Shown here piece after piece: positions 48,415-58,218 of a stretch of 64,000 bases of DNA (the first letter of the stretch is position 1; the number at the start of each line of letters is the position of its first letter). Where the stretch lies: NCBI GenBank assembly GCA_011049715.1, contig DRHF01000109.1:1379-65378 (forward strand), given 5' to 3'. This stretch comes from Desulfobacterales bacterium. GTDB lineage: Bacteria > Desulfobacterota > Desulfobacteria > Desulfobacterales > UBA2156. The notes beneath the pieces were generated by a model. That model saw only the letters and a program-made list of their open reading frames with translations. It did no database searches and was not told the DNA's origin. A program made the position numbers and the translations under genes.

Positions 48415-49026
48415 ATGAAAACAACCAGAGTGATTATTGTAGCAGTGGGTGGGCAGGGAAACCTTCTGGCATCCAGGGTGTTGGGCGAAGCCGCATTGAT
48501 TGCGGATGTTCCGGTTCGAATGAGCGAAATCCATGGGATGGCCCAGCGGGGCGGGGTGGTGGAATCTTCCATCGTGTTTGGAGATTCGGAAAGCACGATC
48601 ATCTCAGACGGTGAAGCGGATGTGCTGGTTGGATTTGAACCTTCGGAAACCCTTAGGGCCGTTAATAAATGCAATTCAAAAACCATCGTGATCACCAACC
48701 TTTCACCCCTGGTGCCGTTTACGGTCAGCATCGGAAAGGGCGTCTACCCGGACCTCGACGTTTTGCAAAAGTTAATCCAGGAAAAGGCCGCAAATCTTAT
48801 CGCCTTCAACGCAACAACCCTTGCCAGGGAGGCCGGGAATGTGATGGCCGTCAACATGGTGCTCCTTGGGGCACTGATTCAAACAAAAACCCTCCCCCTC
48901 TCGTCGGATCATGTGAAAGAAGCGATCAGAACCCGGACAAAAAAAGACTTTGTTCAAATCAATGTAACGGCCTTTGATCTTGGCTATTCCGCCGCCCAGG
49001 CAGTGTCTAAGACTGAAAATGCCTAA
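48415..49026 (+). CDS. iorB: Indolepyruvate:ferredoxin oxidoreductase beta subunit
   Basis: VGGQG, SEIHGMAQRGG, NMVLLGAL. Confidence 0.95.
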   Translation: MKTTRVIIVAVGGQGNLLASRVLGEAALIADVPVRMSEIHGMAQRGGVVESSIVFGDSESTIISDGEADVLVGFEPSETLRAVNKCNSKTIVITNLSPLVPFTVSIGKGVYPDLDVLQKLIQEKAANLIAFNATTLAREAGNVMAVNMVLLGALIQTKTLPLSSDHVKEAIRTRTKKDFVQINVTAFDLGYSAAQAVSKTENA

Positions 49027-49043
49027 ATTTAAGGAGGTAAGTT

Positions 49044-50345
49044 ATGCCCTGGAATGATACCTACGAATGCATGCCGGTTGAAGCGCTTGAAAAATTTCAG
49101 GTAGAAAAGCTCAGAGAGACCCTGTCCTGGGTGCATGAAAAAGTTCCGTTCTACCGGAAAAAACTGGATGAAGCCGGTGTAACTCCCGGAGACATTCAAC
49201 ATTTGGAAGATTTATCCAAACTCCCGGTGACGGTCAAAAACGACATGAGAGACAACTATCCTTTTGGTCTTTGCGCCGTCCCGATGGAGAAGCTGGTTCG
49301 GGTCCATGCCTCTTCAGGCACCACAGGAAAGCCAATAACCGGCCCGTATACTGCCGAAGATCTGGATCTGTGGACCGAATGCATGGCCAGAAATCTTTGG
49401 GCAGCTGGAATTCGGAGAGAAGATATCGTCCAAAATACCTATGGATACGGGCTGTTCACCGGTGGGCTCGGTTTTCACCAGGGGGCCAATAAGATCGGGT
49501 GCATCGTTGTTCCAGCCAGTTCGGGTATGACCGAGCGGCAGGTCACCCTGATGCAGGATTTCGGAACCACTGCCCTGTTTTGCACCCCTTCTTATGCGTT
49601 GACCATCGTCGAACAAGCTGAAGAAATGCATATCGATATCAAGAAACTGCCTCTGAAAGTGGGTATTTTCGGCGCGGAACCATGGACAAAGGGGATCCGT
49701 CTGGAAATTGAGGAACGAATGGGGATAAAGGCCCTGGAAGCTTACGGTCTGACTGAAATCGGCGGACCCGGGGTATCGTTTGACTGTGAAGCACAGGAAG
49801 GCCTCCATATCAACGAGGACCACTTTATTCCGGAAATCGTAGACCCTGTCACCCTTCAACCCCTCCCTTTAGGAGAAAGAGGTGAACTCATTTTCACATC
49901 GATCCAGCGACGGGCCATGCCGATGATTCGGTATCGCACCAAGGACATCACACGGCTTTACCGTGAGCCGTGCGCCTGCGGGAGGACCCTGATTAAGATG
50001 GACAAAGTGACCGGGCGTTCCGATGATATGCTCATCATCAGTGGCGTCAATGTTTTCCCCTCCCAGATCGAATCGCTTCTGCTCGATATCGACGAGGTGG
50101 AGCCCCAGTATGTGATCGTCGTAAAAAAGAAGGGGCGCCTCGATCATCTCTCCGTCAAAGTCGAGGGGAAAAGCGAGGTTTATGAAACCGGCGCAGAAAA
50201 GAGGGGGCAAGTGGAAGAAAAAATCGCACATCACATCAAGGGGATGATGGGGATCGGCGTCGAAATTGAACTGGTTGAACCAAAATCGATTGCCCGAAGC
50301 GAAGGGAAAGCATTGCGGGTTATCGACGAAAGACCAAAAGATTAA
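49044..50345 (+). CDS. paaK: Phenylacetate--CoA ligase
   Basis: HASSGTTGKP, YGYGLFTGGLG, YGLTEIGGPG, GRSDDMLII.GVNVFPSQIE, EGKALRVID. Confidence 0.94.
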   Translation: MPWNDTYECMPVEALEKFQVEKLRETLSWVHEKVPFYRKKLDEAGVTPGDIQHLEDLSKLPVTVKNDMRDNYPFGLCAVPMEKLVRVHASSGTTGKPITGPYTAEDLDLWTECMARNLWAAGIRREDIVQNTYGYGLFTGGLGFHQGANKIGCIVVPASSGMTERQVTLMQDFGTTALFCTPSYALTIVEQAEEMHIDIKKLPLKVGIFGAEPWTKGIRLEIEERMGIKALEAYGLTEIGGPGVSFDCEAQEGLHINEDHFIPEIVDPVTLQPLPLGERGELIFTSIQRRAMPMIRYRTKDITRLYREPCACGRTLIKMDKVTGRSDDMLIISGVNVFPSQIESLLLDIDEVEPQYVIVVKKKGRLDHLSVKVEGKSEVYETGAEKRGQVEEKIAHHIKGMMGIGVEIELVEPKSIARSEGKALRVIDERPKD

Positions 50346-50351
50346 GGCGCC

Positions 50352-52373
50352 ATGCAAGCTGAAGACCCCAGAACCCACCGGGACCGATACCGGGTCTTTA
50401 TCGAGGATGTTGCCGATGGGTTTTACGAAACCAATTTAAGAGGGGATTTTACATTTTTTAACGATGCCCTATGCCGGATTTTTGGTTACTCGAGGGAGGA
50501 GATTAAGGATCGAAATTTCCGAAAATTCATGAACAAAAAAAATGCTGAGCTCGCCTATGAGAGTGTCAACTCGGTATATAGAACCGGCAAAAGCATTACC
50601 AATATCATATGGCAGATTATTCACAAGGATGGGGAGACGCGGATCCTTGAAATTTCTTCCAACCCAATATTTGATAAAAGCGGTAAAATAGATGGGTTCC
50701 GGGGAATTGCACGGGATGTCACCCGGGAAAAACGGGCCGACCGGACAAATCATGCGCTGTTTCGCATCGCCATGGCGCTTTATCGTTTCAGGGGCCTCGA
50801 TGAGCGTCTCGAATATATCGTCAAAGAGGTGAAAGACCTCATCGGACTCGAGGGTGCATCGATCATCCTCATCGACGATAAAAAAAATGAATTCTTCTTT
50901 CGGGCGGCCGGTTATGACAATACCGAAATCAGCGAAAAGATAAAAGGAGTCCGGTTTCCGCTGGACAAAGGCGTAGCTGGAAGAGTGTACAGAACCGGCC
51001 GGCCGGTGATTGTTCCCGATACCTCTAAAAGCCCCGACTTCTTCAACCAGGTGGACGTTCAATCCAATTATCAAACCCGAAACATGATTGATGTTCCGAT
51101 CTCGACCTATGATCGAATGATCGGTATCCTCTGCGCGGTCAATAAGAAAGAGGGTGAATTTGACCAGACAGACCTGGAACTGATGAGCACCATTGCGAAC
51201 ACGGTGGCCTTTCCGATTGAAAATGCCAGTATCAATGAAGCGCTCAATCGTTCCTATGAGGAAGTCAAGAGCTTGAACCGGGCGAAAGACAAGGTAATTC
51301 ACCATCTCTCCCACGAGCTGAAAACACCCGTCTCCATCCTTTCCGCCTCATTGAGCCTTTTAAATGCCAAGCTTTCTTCCCACAAGGACAAGAGCTGGAA
51401 GCGAATCATGGAACGGGCGCAACGGAACCTGAACCGGATCCTCGAGATGCAGTATGAAATTGAGGATATTTTGAGAGAGGGAAAATATCAGACGTATTAT
51501 CTGCTCTCCTCTTTGCTCGATGCCTGTGTGGATGAACTGGAGGTTCTGTTTGAGTCCGAAGTTTGGAAGATGGGTAAAGACGTCAAGGGGCTCGCCGATG
51601 CCGGAATTGATGGAATCTTGGGAAAAATTCGTCAAAAGGTGGAAGAACTCTTCGGCCCCCGGGAATCCGTCTCCGAATTGATCGAACCCAATAAATTTGT
51701 TGAAACCCGGGTCAACGGTCTCCGGCCCCGATTTGCCCATCGAACTTGCCGGCTGATCACCCGGTTTGAACCGACATCATCGATCTGGATACCGCCGGAT
51801 GTTCTTAAAAAGGTTGTTGAAGGCCTCATACGCAATGCGGTTGAAAACACACCGGACAACGGCCGAATAGAAGTGACGGTACGAGAAGGAAAAAAGGGAC
51901 CCGAATTTGAAGTCAAGGATTACGGCGTCGGGATAACCCCTGAAAAGCAACGCCTTATCTTTGAAAACAACTTTATTACTTACGAAACCATGCAGTACTC
52001 TACTCGAAACCCTTATGATTTCAACGCCGGTGGAAAAGGCTTCGACCTGCTGAGGATGAAAATTTTTTCCGAACGGTACAATTTCAAAATCCGGATGTCG
52101 TCGAAACGGTGCGGTTACATCCCCCGTGATGAGGACATCTGCCCGGGAAATATTGAGCTGTGTGAACAGTGCAGGAGAGAAAAAGATTGCCCCCATTCAG
52201 GTGGAACCACGATGACCGTTCAGTTCTTACCGGCGGATCAGTACGCCTTGGATCGAACAACAGATGAAAAAACAGAAGATATTATGGACAAAAAAAATGA
52301 CAACAGACAGCAAGAGCCAAAAAAAACATCCAAAAAAATCAGATTCGCCAGAACGCTTCTTCCAGGAGATTAA
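50352..52373 (+). CDS. PAS-GAF sensor histidine kinase with Cys-rich insert
   Basis: PAS, GAF (AVNK), SHELKTP H-box, NAVENT, DYGVGI, GKGFDL. Confidence 0.9.
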   Translation: MQAEDPRTHRDRYRVFIEDVADGFYETNLRGDFTFFNDALCRIFGYSREEIKDRNFRKFMNKKNAELAYESVNSVYRTGKSITNIIWQIIHKDGETRILEISSNPIFDKSGKIDGFRGIARDVTREKRADRTNHALFRIAMALYRFRGLDERLEYIVKEVKDLIGLEGASIILIDDKKNEFFFRAAGYDNTEISEKIKGVRFPLDKGVAGRVYRTGRPVIVPDTSKSPDFFNQVDVQSNYQTRNMIDVPISTYDRMIGILCAVNKKEGEFDQTDLELMSTIANTVAFPIENASINEALNRSYEEVKSLNRAKDKVIHHLSHELKTPVSILSASLSLLNAKLSSHKDKSWKRIMERAQRNLNRILEMQYEIEDILREGKYQTYYLLSSLLDACVDELEVLFESEVWKMGKDVKGLADAGIDGILGKIRQKVEELFGPRESVSELIEPNKFVETRVNGLRPRFAHRTCRLITRFEPTSSIWIPPDVLKKVVEGLIRNAVENTPDNGRIEVTVREGKKGPEFEVKDYGVGITPEKQRLIFENNFITYETMQYSTRNPYDFNAGGKGFDLLRMKIFSERYNFKIRMSSKRCGYIPRDEDICPGNIELCEQCRREKDCPHSGGTTMTVQFLPADQYALDRTTDEKTEDIMDKKNDNRQQEPKKTSKKIRFARTLLPGD

Positions 52374-53130
52374 TGTCGAGTTTCTGATCCATGAATTGAA
52401 GGGTCCTATTTCGATCGTTGAAACAGGTCTCCGTTCCCTGCTGGAGAGAAAAGAAAAATACGGGCCCTTGTCCACCCGGCAGGAAAAAACATTGAAACGG
52501 GCCGCAAAAAACATCAAAAAGACCCGTGAAATGGTCAATGGTTTGCTTGAAATCGGTCGCTCCGAAGCCGGCGCATGCATCTGTTGCCGGTTTCAACCCT
52601 CCCGGACCGTCCACGAAGTCGTTTTGGATGGGCTGGAGACCGCATTGGGGGCTATTTTCGATGAGTCAAAGGAAGATTGGAAAGAGAATGAAATGTATCA
52701 ATTTTTTTCCGAAAATGGCGTTTTCCTCGACATTTCGCCACGCGTGAACAACATTGAGATGCTACAGGATGAAACAAAGTTTCGTCAGATCTTCTTGAAT
52801 CTTGTCACCAACGCCCTTTTCTACCGCAAAAAACGGGTTGAAATCAAAATGAGAATGAAAGACGACCAGCTTCTCCTGGAAATTACCGATGACGGACCCG
52901 GGATCAAACCCGAACATCACGATACCGTTTTTAAACAATACACACAGATCCAAGGCGCCTCATCCGAACTCCAAAGAAAAGGCCATGGACTCGGGCTCGC
53001 AGGCGCCCTTATCTTATCACGATGCCTCGGTGGTAATATTCAAATCAAAAGCGATAAAGAAAAAGGAACCACTTTTTGCCTGACGCTCCCCATAAGACTG
53101 GAAAACAGCGCCCGTTTACTGACCCCCTGA
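52297..53130 (+). CDS. Histidine kinase without sensor domain
   Basis: IHELKGP, NLVTNA, DDGPGI, GHGLGL. Start uncertain (52264 or 52297). Confidence 0.88.
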   Translation: MTTDSKSQKKHPKKSDSPERFFQEINVEFLIHELKGPISIVETGLRSLLERKEKYGPLSTRQEKTLKRAAKNIKKTREMVNGLLEIGRSEAGACICCRFQPSRTVHEVVLDGLETALGAIFDESKEDWKENEMYQFFSENGVFLDISPRVNNIEMLQDETKFRQIFLNLVTNALFYRKKRVEIKMRMKDDQLLLEITDDGPGIKPEHHDTVFKQYTQIQGASSELQRKGHGLGLAGALILSRCLGGNIQIKSDKEKGTTFCLTLPIRLENSARLLTP

Positions 53131-53246
53131 TCGGTGAACGCCCCCAATCGAGGACATGCACCTCAGCCTACACGGGTTTCGCCTCTTTACTCCGCCGGGA
53201 TGCGGTATCCTGAGCAGGTGAACTGACACTTGTGCCCTGCACTTTA

Positions 53247-53425
53247 GGGTTCGCGCAGAAATAACTTCGCAGAATTGGCGCTTAGATTTGGTTCAGGTTT
53301 GGCTGATCCGAGAGCGTAAAACCACAGGAATAGCGAGCTATTTCGAGGATTTTGCGAGTGAGGCATCGGTCAAAGATGGGCTGAAGCTAAGATGCTAAAA
53401 TGTGAAGTTATTTTTGCGCAAACCC
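53247..53425. mobile_element. MITE family B (179 bp), copy 2, inserted in the porB 3' end
   Basis: Near-identical to 15775-15953; flanked by TTA on both sides. Confidence 0.92.
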
Positions 53426-54291
53426 TTAGTTTGCAAAAGTGCAAAGTCGCGGTCGACCATCCCCTGGATACCTTCAAAATCATCATCTGTCAGATGTTGA
53501 AACCGGCCCTGCATTTTCATGTAGTCTTTCACCGGTTTGTCTCCGATGAAATTGAGGGTGTACCCTGTGCCGTCTATGACCTCGTATAGCGGGAACACAT
53601 TAGACTGGACCGCCAGTCGGGAGATCTTGACGGACATTTCCGAGGGTACTTTCCAGCCTGTCGGGCAGGCCGCAAAAACATGGATAAATCGAACCCCTTG
53701 TTTCATATCTTTTGCCCGGGTGAACTTGCGGATCATGTCTTCGGGAAACGCGATGTTGGCGGTAGCCGCATACGGGATACGATGGGCAGCCAGAGCCTCA
53801 ACAATATTCTTCTTATGGGTCTTTTTCCAGCTCCGACCGGGTGTGGTGGTGGTTCGGGCGCCGTAAGGGGTGGATGAACTCCGCTGGGCCCCTGTATTCA
53901 TATAGGCTTCATTGTCATAACAGACATAGATAAAATTCTCGTTCCGTTCAACCGCTCCGGAAAGGGATTGGAATCCAATGTCAAAGGTGCCGCCGTCCCC
54001 GGCCCAGGCCATTACCGTGGTTTCGCTATCTCCCTGCATATCCAAAGATGCCCGAACACCGCTGGCGGTGGCCCCGGCCGTGGCAAAGGCGGCATGCAAA
54101 ATCGGCACCTTGAGACTGGTCTGCGGGTAAGCGCCTGAAATAACCCCCCAACAGCATGCGGGAATCACAACCACGGTCTTTTTGCCCAATGCTTTTAATG
54201 CAAATTTCATGGCAATGGCAGCGCCACAACCCGGACATGCCACATGCCCGGGGTAGAGATAATCGATATCAGGGATATATTTCGATATCAT
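53395..54291 (-). CDS. porB: 2-oxoacid:ferredoxin oxidoreductase beta subunit (PorB-like)
   Basis: GHVACPGCG, GDGGTFDIG, DNEAYMNTG, CPTGW. Substrate not determined. Confidence 0.9.
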   Translation of the reverse strand: MISKYIPDIDYLYPGHVACPGCGAAIAMKFALKALGKKTVVVIPACCWGVISGAYPQTSLKVPILHAAFATAGATASGVRASLDMQGDSETTVMAWAGDGGTFDIGFQSLSGAVERNENFIYVCYDNEAYMNTGAQRSSSTPYGARTTTTPGRSWKKTHKKNIVEALAAHRIPYAATANIAFPEDMIRKFTRAKDMKQGVRFIHVFAACPTGWKVPSEMSVKISRLAVQSNVFPLYEVIDGTGYTLNFIGDKPVKDYMKMQGRFQHLTDDDFEGIQGMVDRDFALLQTKGLRKNNFTF

Positions 54292-54319
54292 ATCAGTTCA
54301 ACCTTTTCATGGTGCGGGC

Positions 54320-55489
54320 TCAATTTTTTACCTCCACAACCTGAGTCTCCACCCAGGTACTTTCTCCCTTTGGAAGCTCGCCCTTTTTTGTTTTCCAGTA
54401 TATCGCTTCCAAACTGTCCGGCGTCACATCCCTGCCACCGAGCCCCGCAATATACCCAAACACCGGCGGGTGCGGATCCATGTTATAAAGGGCGGATTTT
54501 AGCTCCTGGCAAAAAATACCGCCGGCCCCAAAAGAAATATTTCTATCGATGACCGCCACTTTTTTGGCCGCTCTCACCGCCCGGCGGACAAAATCAGCAG
54601 GAAAGGGCCTGAACATTTTGATTTTGAGCATCCCCGCCTTTTCCCCTTTTGATCTTAAATCGGAAATGACAGAGCGGCAGGTGCTGGCGATCGTTCCGCT
54701 CACAACCAGTATAACCTCTGCATCTTCACACGCAACCGCTTCCACCGGACCGTATTGACGATCAAAAAGGGTAGAAAATTCTTTTTCCACCTCCAAATAA
54801 CATGAACTGACCTGTTCCATGGCCATCTGAATATTCTGTCGCATTTCCATGTAGATCGATGGGGGCGTCAGCTGGCCCATGTTACAGGGCTTTTCGGTGT
54901 CAAGTTTTACACCGGATGAAAATGGGGGAAGAAATTGATCCACCTGTTTCTGCTCGGGGATATCGACCGGTTCCAGGGTATGGGAAAGAAAAAAAGCATC
55001 CTGGATCACCATGACCGGAAGATTCACCCATTCGGCCAGCCGGAACGCGTGAAGTGTGGTATCAAAAACCTCCTGACCATCTTCACAGTAGAATTGTATC
55101 CACCCGGTGTCCCGCTGGGCGAGGCTGTCGGTCTGATCGGCCCAGATATTCCATCCGGGCCCCAACGCGCGGTTTACCTCCGCCATGACAATCGGAAGGC
55201 GGGCCCCGGAAGCCCAATGCAAAAGTTCATGCATCAGGGCCAGCCCGTGTGAAGACGTAGCAGTAAAGGTTCGCACCCCCATGGTCGAAGCGCTGATCAC
55301 CGCAGCCAAAGCAGAGTGCTCGCTTTCCACACATAAAAATCGCGCATCCATGGTACCATTTTCGCAATATTCCGACAATGCCTCCACGATATGTGTCTGT
55401 GGAGTGATCGGATAGGCAGAGATCACCTGAACCTTTGCCAGACGCACCGCTTCCGATGCTGCATGGCTTCCCTCCATGACCTGTTTCAT
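54320..55489 (-). CDS. porA: 2-oxoacid:ferredoxin oxidoreductase alpha subunit (PorA-like)
   Basis: AYPITPQT, ESEHSA, TATSSHGL, GLGGRD; start overlaps the upstream stop (ATGA). Confidence 0.92.
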   Translation of the reverse strand: MKQVMEGSHAASEAVRLAKVQVISAYPITPQTHIVEALSEYCENGTMDARFLCVESEHSALAAVISASTMGVRTFTATSSHGLALMHELLHWASGARLPIVMAEVNRALGPGWNIWADQTDSLAQRDTGWIQFYCEDGQEVFDTTLHAFRLAEWVNLPVMVIQDAFFLSHTLEPVDIPEQKQVDQFLPPFSSGVKLDTEKPCNMGQLTPPSIYMEMRQNIQMAMEQVSSCYLEVEKEFSTLFDRQYGPVEAVACEDAEVILVVSGTIASTCRSVISDLRSKGEKAGMLKIKMFRPFPADFVRRAVRAAKKVAVIDRNISFGAGGIFCQELKSALYNMDPHPPVFGYIAGLGGRDVTPDSLEAIYWKTKKGELPKGESTWVETQVVEVKN

Positions 55490-57216
55490 ATGTTCTCCTC
55501 CTCCAGGACGATGGCGTTTCGGGGACATTCCACCACACAGATGCCGCATCCTTTACAGTAATCCAGATCAATCACCTTCTTTTCGCCCCGACCTATAGCG
55601 ACCTCGGGGCAAAACAACCAACAGTTATCGCAATCGTTGCAGATGCCACAGTTAAAACATCGTTCGGCTTCTTTTATTGCTGCCTTGGTTGGCAAAGCCG
55701 GCTCAGGTTCAGTGGGCAGATGAAGGTCGTTTTTCCCATGAGTCGCGGGAACCCGGGAGGATGATTCAAAGTAATCCGTGTTGATTTCATCAAACAAAAC
55801 AACGTGGGGATTTCTTTTTTTGCGATCACCGCTGCGATAGATCTCCATGGAAAGAGATGGCCCATCCCCTACCCGACACTCATCAATACATTCTTCAATG
55901 GCTTCCCAGCCTTTTTTAAAATAAATATCCAGAGCCATTGCCGCCTGTTTCCCCGATGCGATGGCATCGGCCACGCTCTTGATCCGGTTGGTTAAATCAC
56001 CACCAAAAATCACCGGCCGATCATCCACTGTAAATACCGTGTGGGTCAGGCTCAGGCTTTTGCCTGCATTTTCTGCGGGAAGATACCAGGATTTACCGGC
56101 TTCGGCGCCAATGGCGCTGAAAACATTTTGGACCGACAGGGTTTGATGCCCGGATCCGTCGGGGACAACATTCGCCCGGCCCATTTCATCCCTCCCGCTT
56201 ATCTTCATTCGCTGCAGTGTCAGCAGATACCCACCTTTTTGTTCCTGTATCTGCAAAGGGGCAACCCGTTCGATAATTTCAACACCCTCCTCAATGGCCA
56301 TTTCCACTTCGTGCTGAAATGCCGGCATGTCTTTTTTGCGCCTGCGATATACCAAAATAGGATTTGTCCCCTCGCGAACCAACGACCGGGCAACATCAAC
56401 GGCGGTATTCCCGCCGCCGATCACTGCTGAAGACCCACTAAACCCGGATGTTTGATTCCGGCGAAATCGATGGAGAAATTCGAGCCCTTCAATTGCTTTC
56501 ACCGCTCCCGGGATTTTCATTTCCAGCGGTTTTGTGTGTCCGCAGGCCATGAAAATCGCATCAAATCGTCCTTTCTCATTTTTAAGAAAATCTCGGGTCA
56601 CCGGTTTTTGGCAATGGATCTTAACACCCTGGTGTTCAATCCGTTGGATTTCATTTTTTAAAATGTGGGCCGGTAATCGAAAGCCGGGGATTCCCCAACG
56701 CAGGACCCCGCCGGGTTCGGGATGCTGATCAAACACTTCGCAAGTGTAACCCAGCGCCGCCATAAAATAAGCCGCAGACAGACCCGCCGGCCCGGCGCCG
56801 ACAATGGCAACCCTTTTCCCGTTGTCCGGAAGCGGGTTCATCGCCCTCTCCTTCCCGTTTGACAAAACCATATCGCCGAGAAACCGTTCAAGGTGCTGAA
56901 TTGCAACGGGCTCATCCCATTCGTTCCTGTTGCAGGACGCTTCACAGGGATGAAAACAGACATGCCCGCAGGTCGAAGGGAATGGATTTTCCCGTAGCAG
57001 GGTTTCCCCTGCCTCCTTGAACAAGCCCCGGCTGATCAGCATCTCGATCCGGGAAATATCTGTTCCGGCAGGGCAGGCAACGCTACAGGGGGCGGTTTTT
57101 TCATCATACCGCGGTCGAACAAATCGCCACATACCGGTTTTATTGATTTCGGTGGACATATGAGATCGTGCATAAAATAACGGAATCCTATTTATGGATT
57201 TTTCTGCTGCAGTCAT
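55486..57216 (-). CDS. PorD-type ferredoxin subunit fused with a GltD/NfnB-like FAD/NAD(P) oxidoreductase
   Basis: NKTGMWR..RP (PorD N-terminus), CSVACP...CGHVC..PCEASC, GAGPAG, GGGNTA, YRR, EAERCFNCG, then CNDCDNC...CP and YCKGCGIC...CP. Confidence 0.88.
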   Translation of the reverse strand: MTAAEKSINRIPLFYARSHMSTEINKTGMWRFVRPRYDEKTAPCSVACPAGTDISRIEMLISRGLFKEAGETLLRENPFPSTCGHVCFHPCEASCNRNEWDEPVAIQHLERFLGDMVLSNGKERAMNPLPDNGKRVAIVGAGPAGLSAAYFMAALGYTCEVFDQHPEPGGVLRWGIPGFRLPAHILKNEIQRIEHQGVKIHCQKPVTRDFLKNEKGRFDAIFMACGHTKPLEMKIPGAVKAIEGLEFLHRFRRNQTSGFSGSSAVIGGGNTAVDVARSLVREGTNPILVYRRRKKDMPAFQHEVEMAIEEGVEIIERVAPLQIQEQKGGYLLTLQRMKISGRDEMGRANVVPDGSGHQTLSVQNVFSAIGAEAGKSWYLPAENAGKSLSLTHTVFTVDDRPVIFGGDLTNRIKSVADAIASGKQAAMALDIYFKKGWEAIEECIDECRVGDGPSLSMEIYRSGDRKKRNPHVVLFDEINTDYFESSSRVPATHGKNDLHLPTEPEPALPTKAAIKEAERCFNCGICNDCDNCWLFCPEVAIGRGEKKVIDLDYCKGCGICVVECPRNAIVLEEENI

Positions 57217-57217
57217 T

Positions 57218-57826
57218 TTATTCGTTTTCCTGTTTCTCCGTTTTTTCCACGCCGTTGCCCTGGTCCACCATGCCAAAACAGGCCACTGCTTCAAATGCAA
57301 GGGTTGCCGCCTTCACATTTTGTTCCGGCTTCACAGAAATTTCCTCTTGAATCGCCGAGGTCACCGCATGCAGTGGTAGTGTCTCCATAATTCCGGAAAA
57401 CGCCCCCGTCATTGCCGTATTTATCATCGGATGGGTATGGGTTCCCAGATCATTATCCACCGCAATGCCGGTGGCATCCACATGTGCCAGTTTATATCCG
57501 TTAAACGGTTCCAGGTTCTCCGGAAGGACCGGGGAATTTAACAAAATCCACCCGCCGGGTTTGAGGCCCCCTGTCACATCCGCTGTCTCCAGAAGCTTGC
57601 GGTCCTGAACAATTACAGCGTCCGGATTATACACGTTGCTTCTGATCAGGATCTTCTTTTTATCGAGCCGCAGGTATGCCTCAACCGGCGCCCCCCGCCT
57701 CTCCACACCAAAATGTGGAAAGGTCTGGACATAATACCCAACGGAGAAAAAGGCCTTTGCCAGGATGACCGAGGCCACCACCGTACCCTGCCCTCCGCGA
57801 CCATGAAATCGAATTTCCTGCATCAT
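57218..57826 (-). CDS. porC: 2-oxoacid:ferredoxin oxidoreductase gamma subunit (PorC-like)
   Basis: EIRFHGRGGQG, FGVERRGAP, NTAM.GA. Confidence 0.93.
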   Translation of the reverse strand: MMQEIRFHGRGGQGTVVASVILAKAFFSVGYYVQTFPHFGVERRGAPVEAYLRLDKKKILIRSNVYNPDAVIVQDRKLLETADVTGGLKPGGWILLNSPVLPENLEPFNGYKLAHVDATGIAVDNDLGTHTHPMINTAMTGAFSGIMETLPLHAVTSAIQEEISVKPEQNVKAATLAFEAVACFGMVDQGNGVEKTEKQENE

Positions 57827-58003
57827 GACCGATCTGCCTTATGATTATCGAAAAATTGAAGCATGCCCTGCCGTGCCATCCAATGCCTTTTGAAATTAAA
57901 GCATATTTTCGTTGAAGATGTGGCATATTGCCGGCTTAAAACAATTTGCTTTGCGATGATGACGGCACAATCAAAATGTTGGTCCAGACTTATACATAAA
58001 TAT

Positions 58004-58201
58004 TTCAAGTTTCGCACCTGATATTTTAAGGAAAGTTGCATCAGGCATAGGGTAAAAAGAAACCAGACCATCGCGTGCCTGTGCACGGTGATTACTTTAT
58101 GGATACAGGTTCAAACTGATTGCTTCATTGTTTTTCCAAAAAATTTTATTTACCCCACGCCAGATGCTGCACCGTGCCCCATTGGGGGTGCGAAACTTGA
58201 G
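58004..58201. mobile_element. MITE family A (198-bp copy)
   Basis: TIR TTCAAGTTTCGCACC / GGTGCGAAACTTGAG; 7-bp duplication TAAATAT at 57997-58003 and 58202-58208; lacks ~93 bp present in the 3470 copy. Confidence 0.88.
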
Positions 58202-58218
58202 TAAATATTTACATCGAT

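Noticed and set aside
57861-57880. Sigma-54 promoter for the por operon (TGGCACGGCAGGGC, minus strand)
   Set aside because: GG-to-GC spacing is 9, not the required 10.
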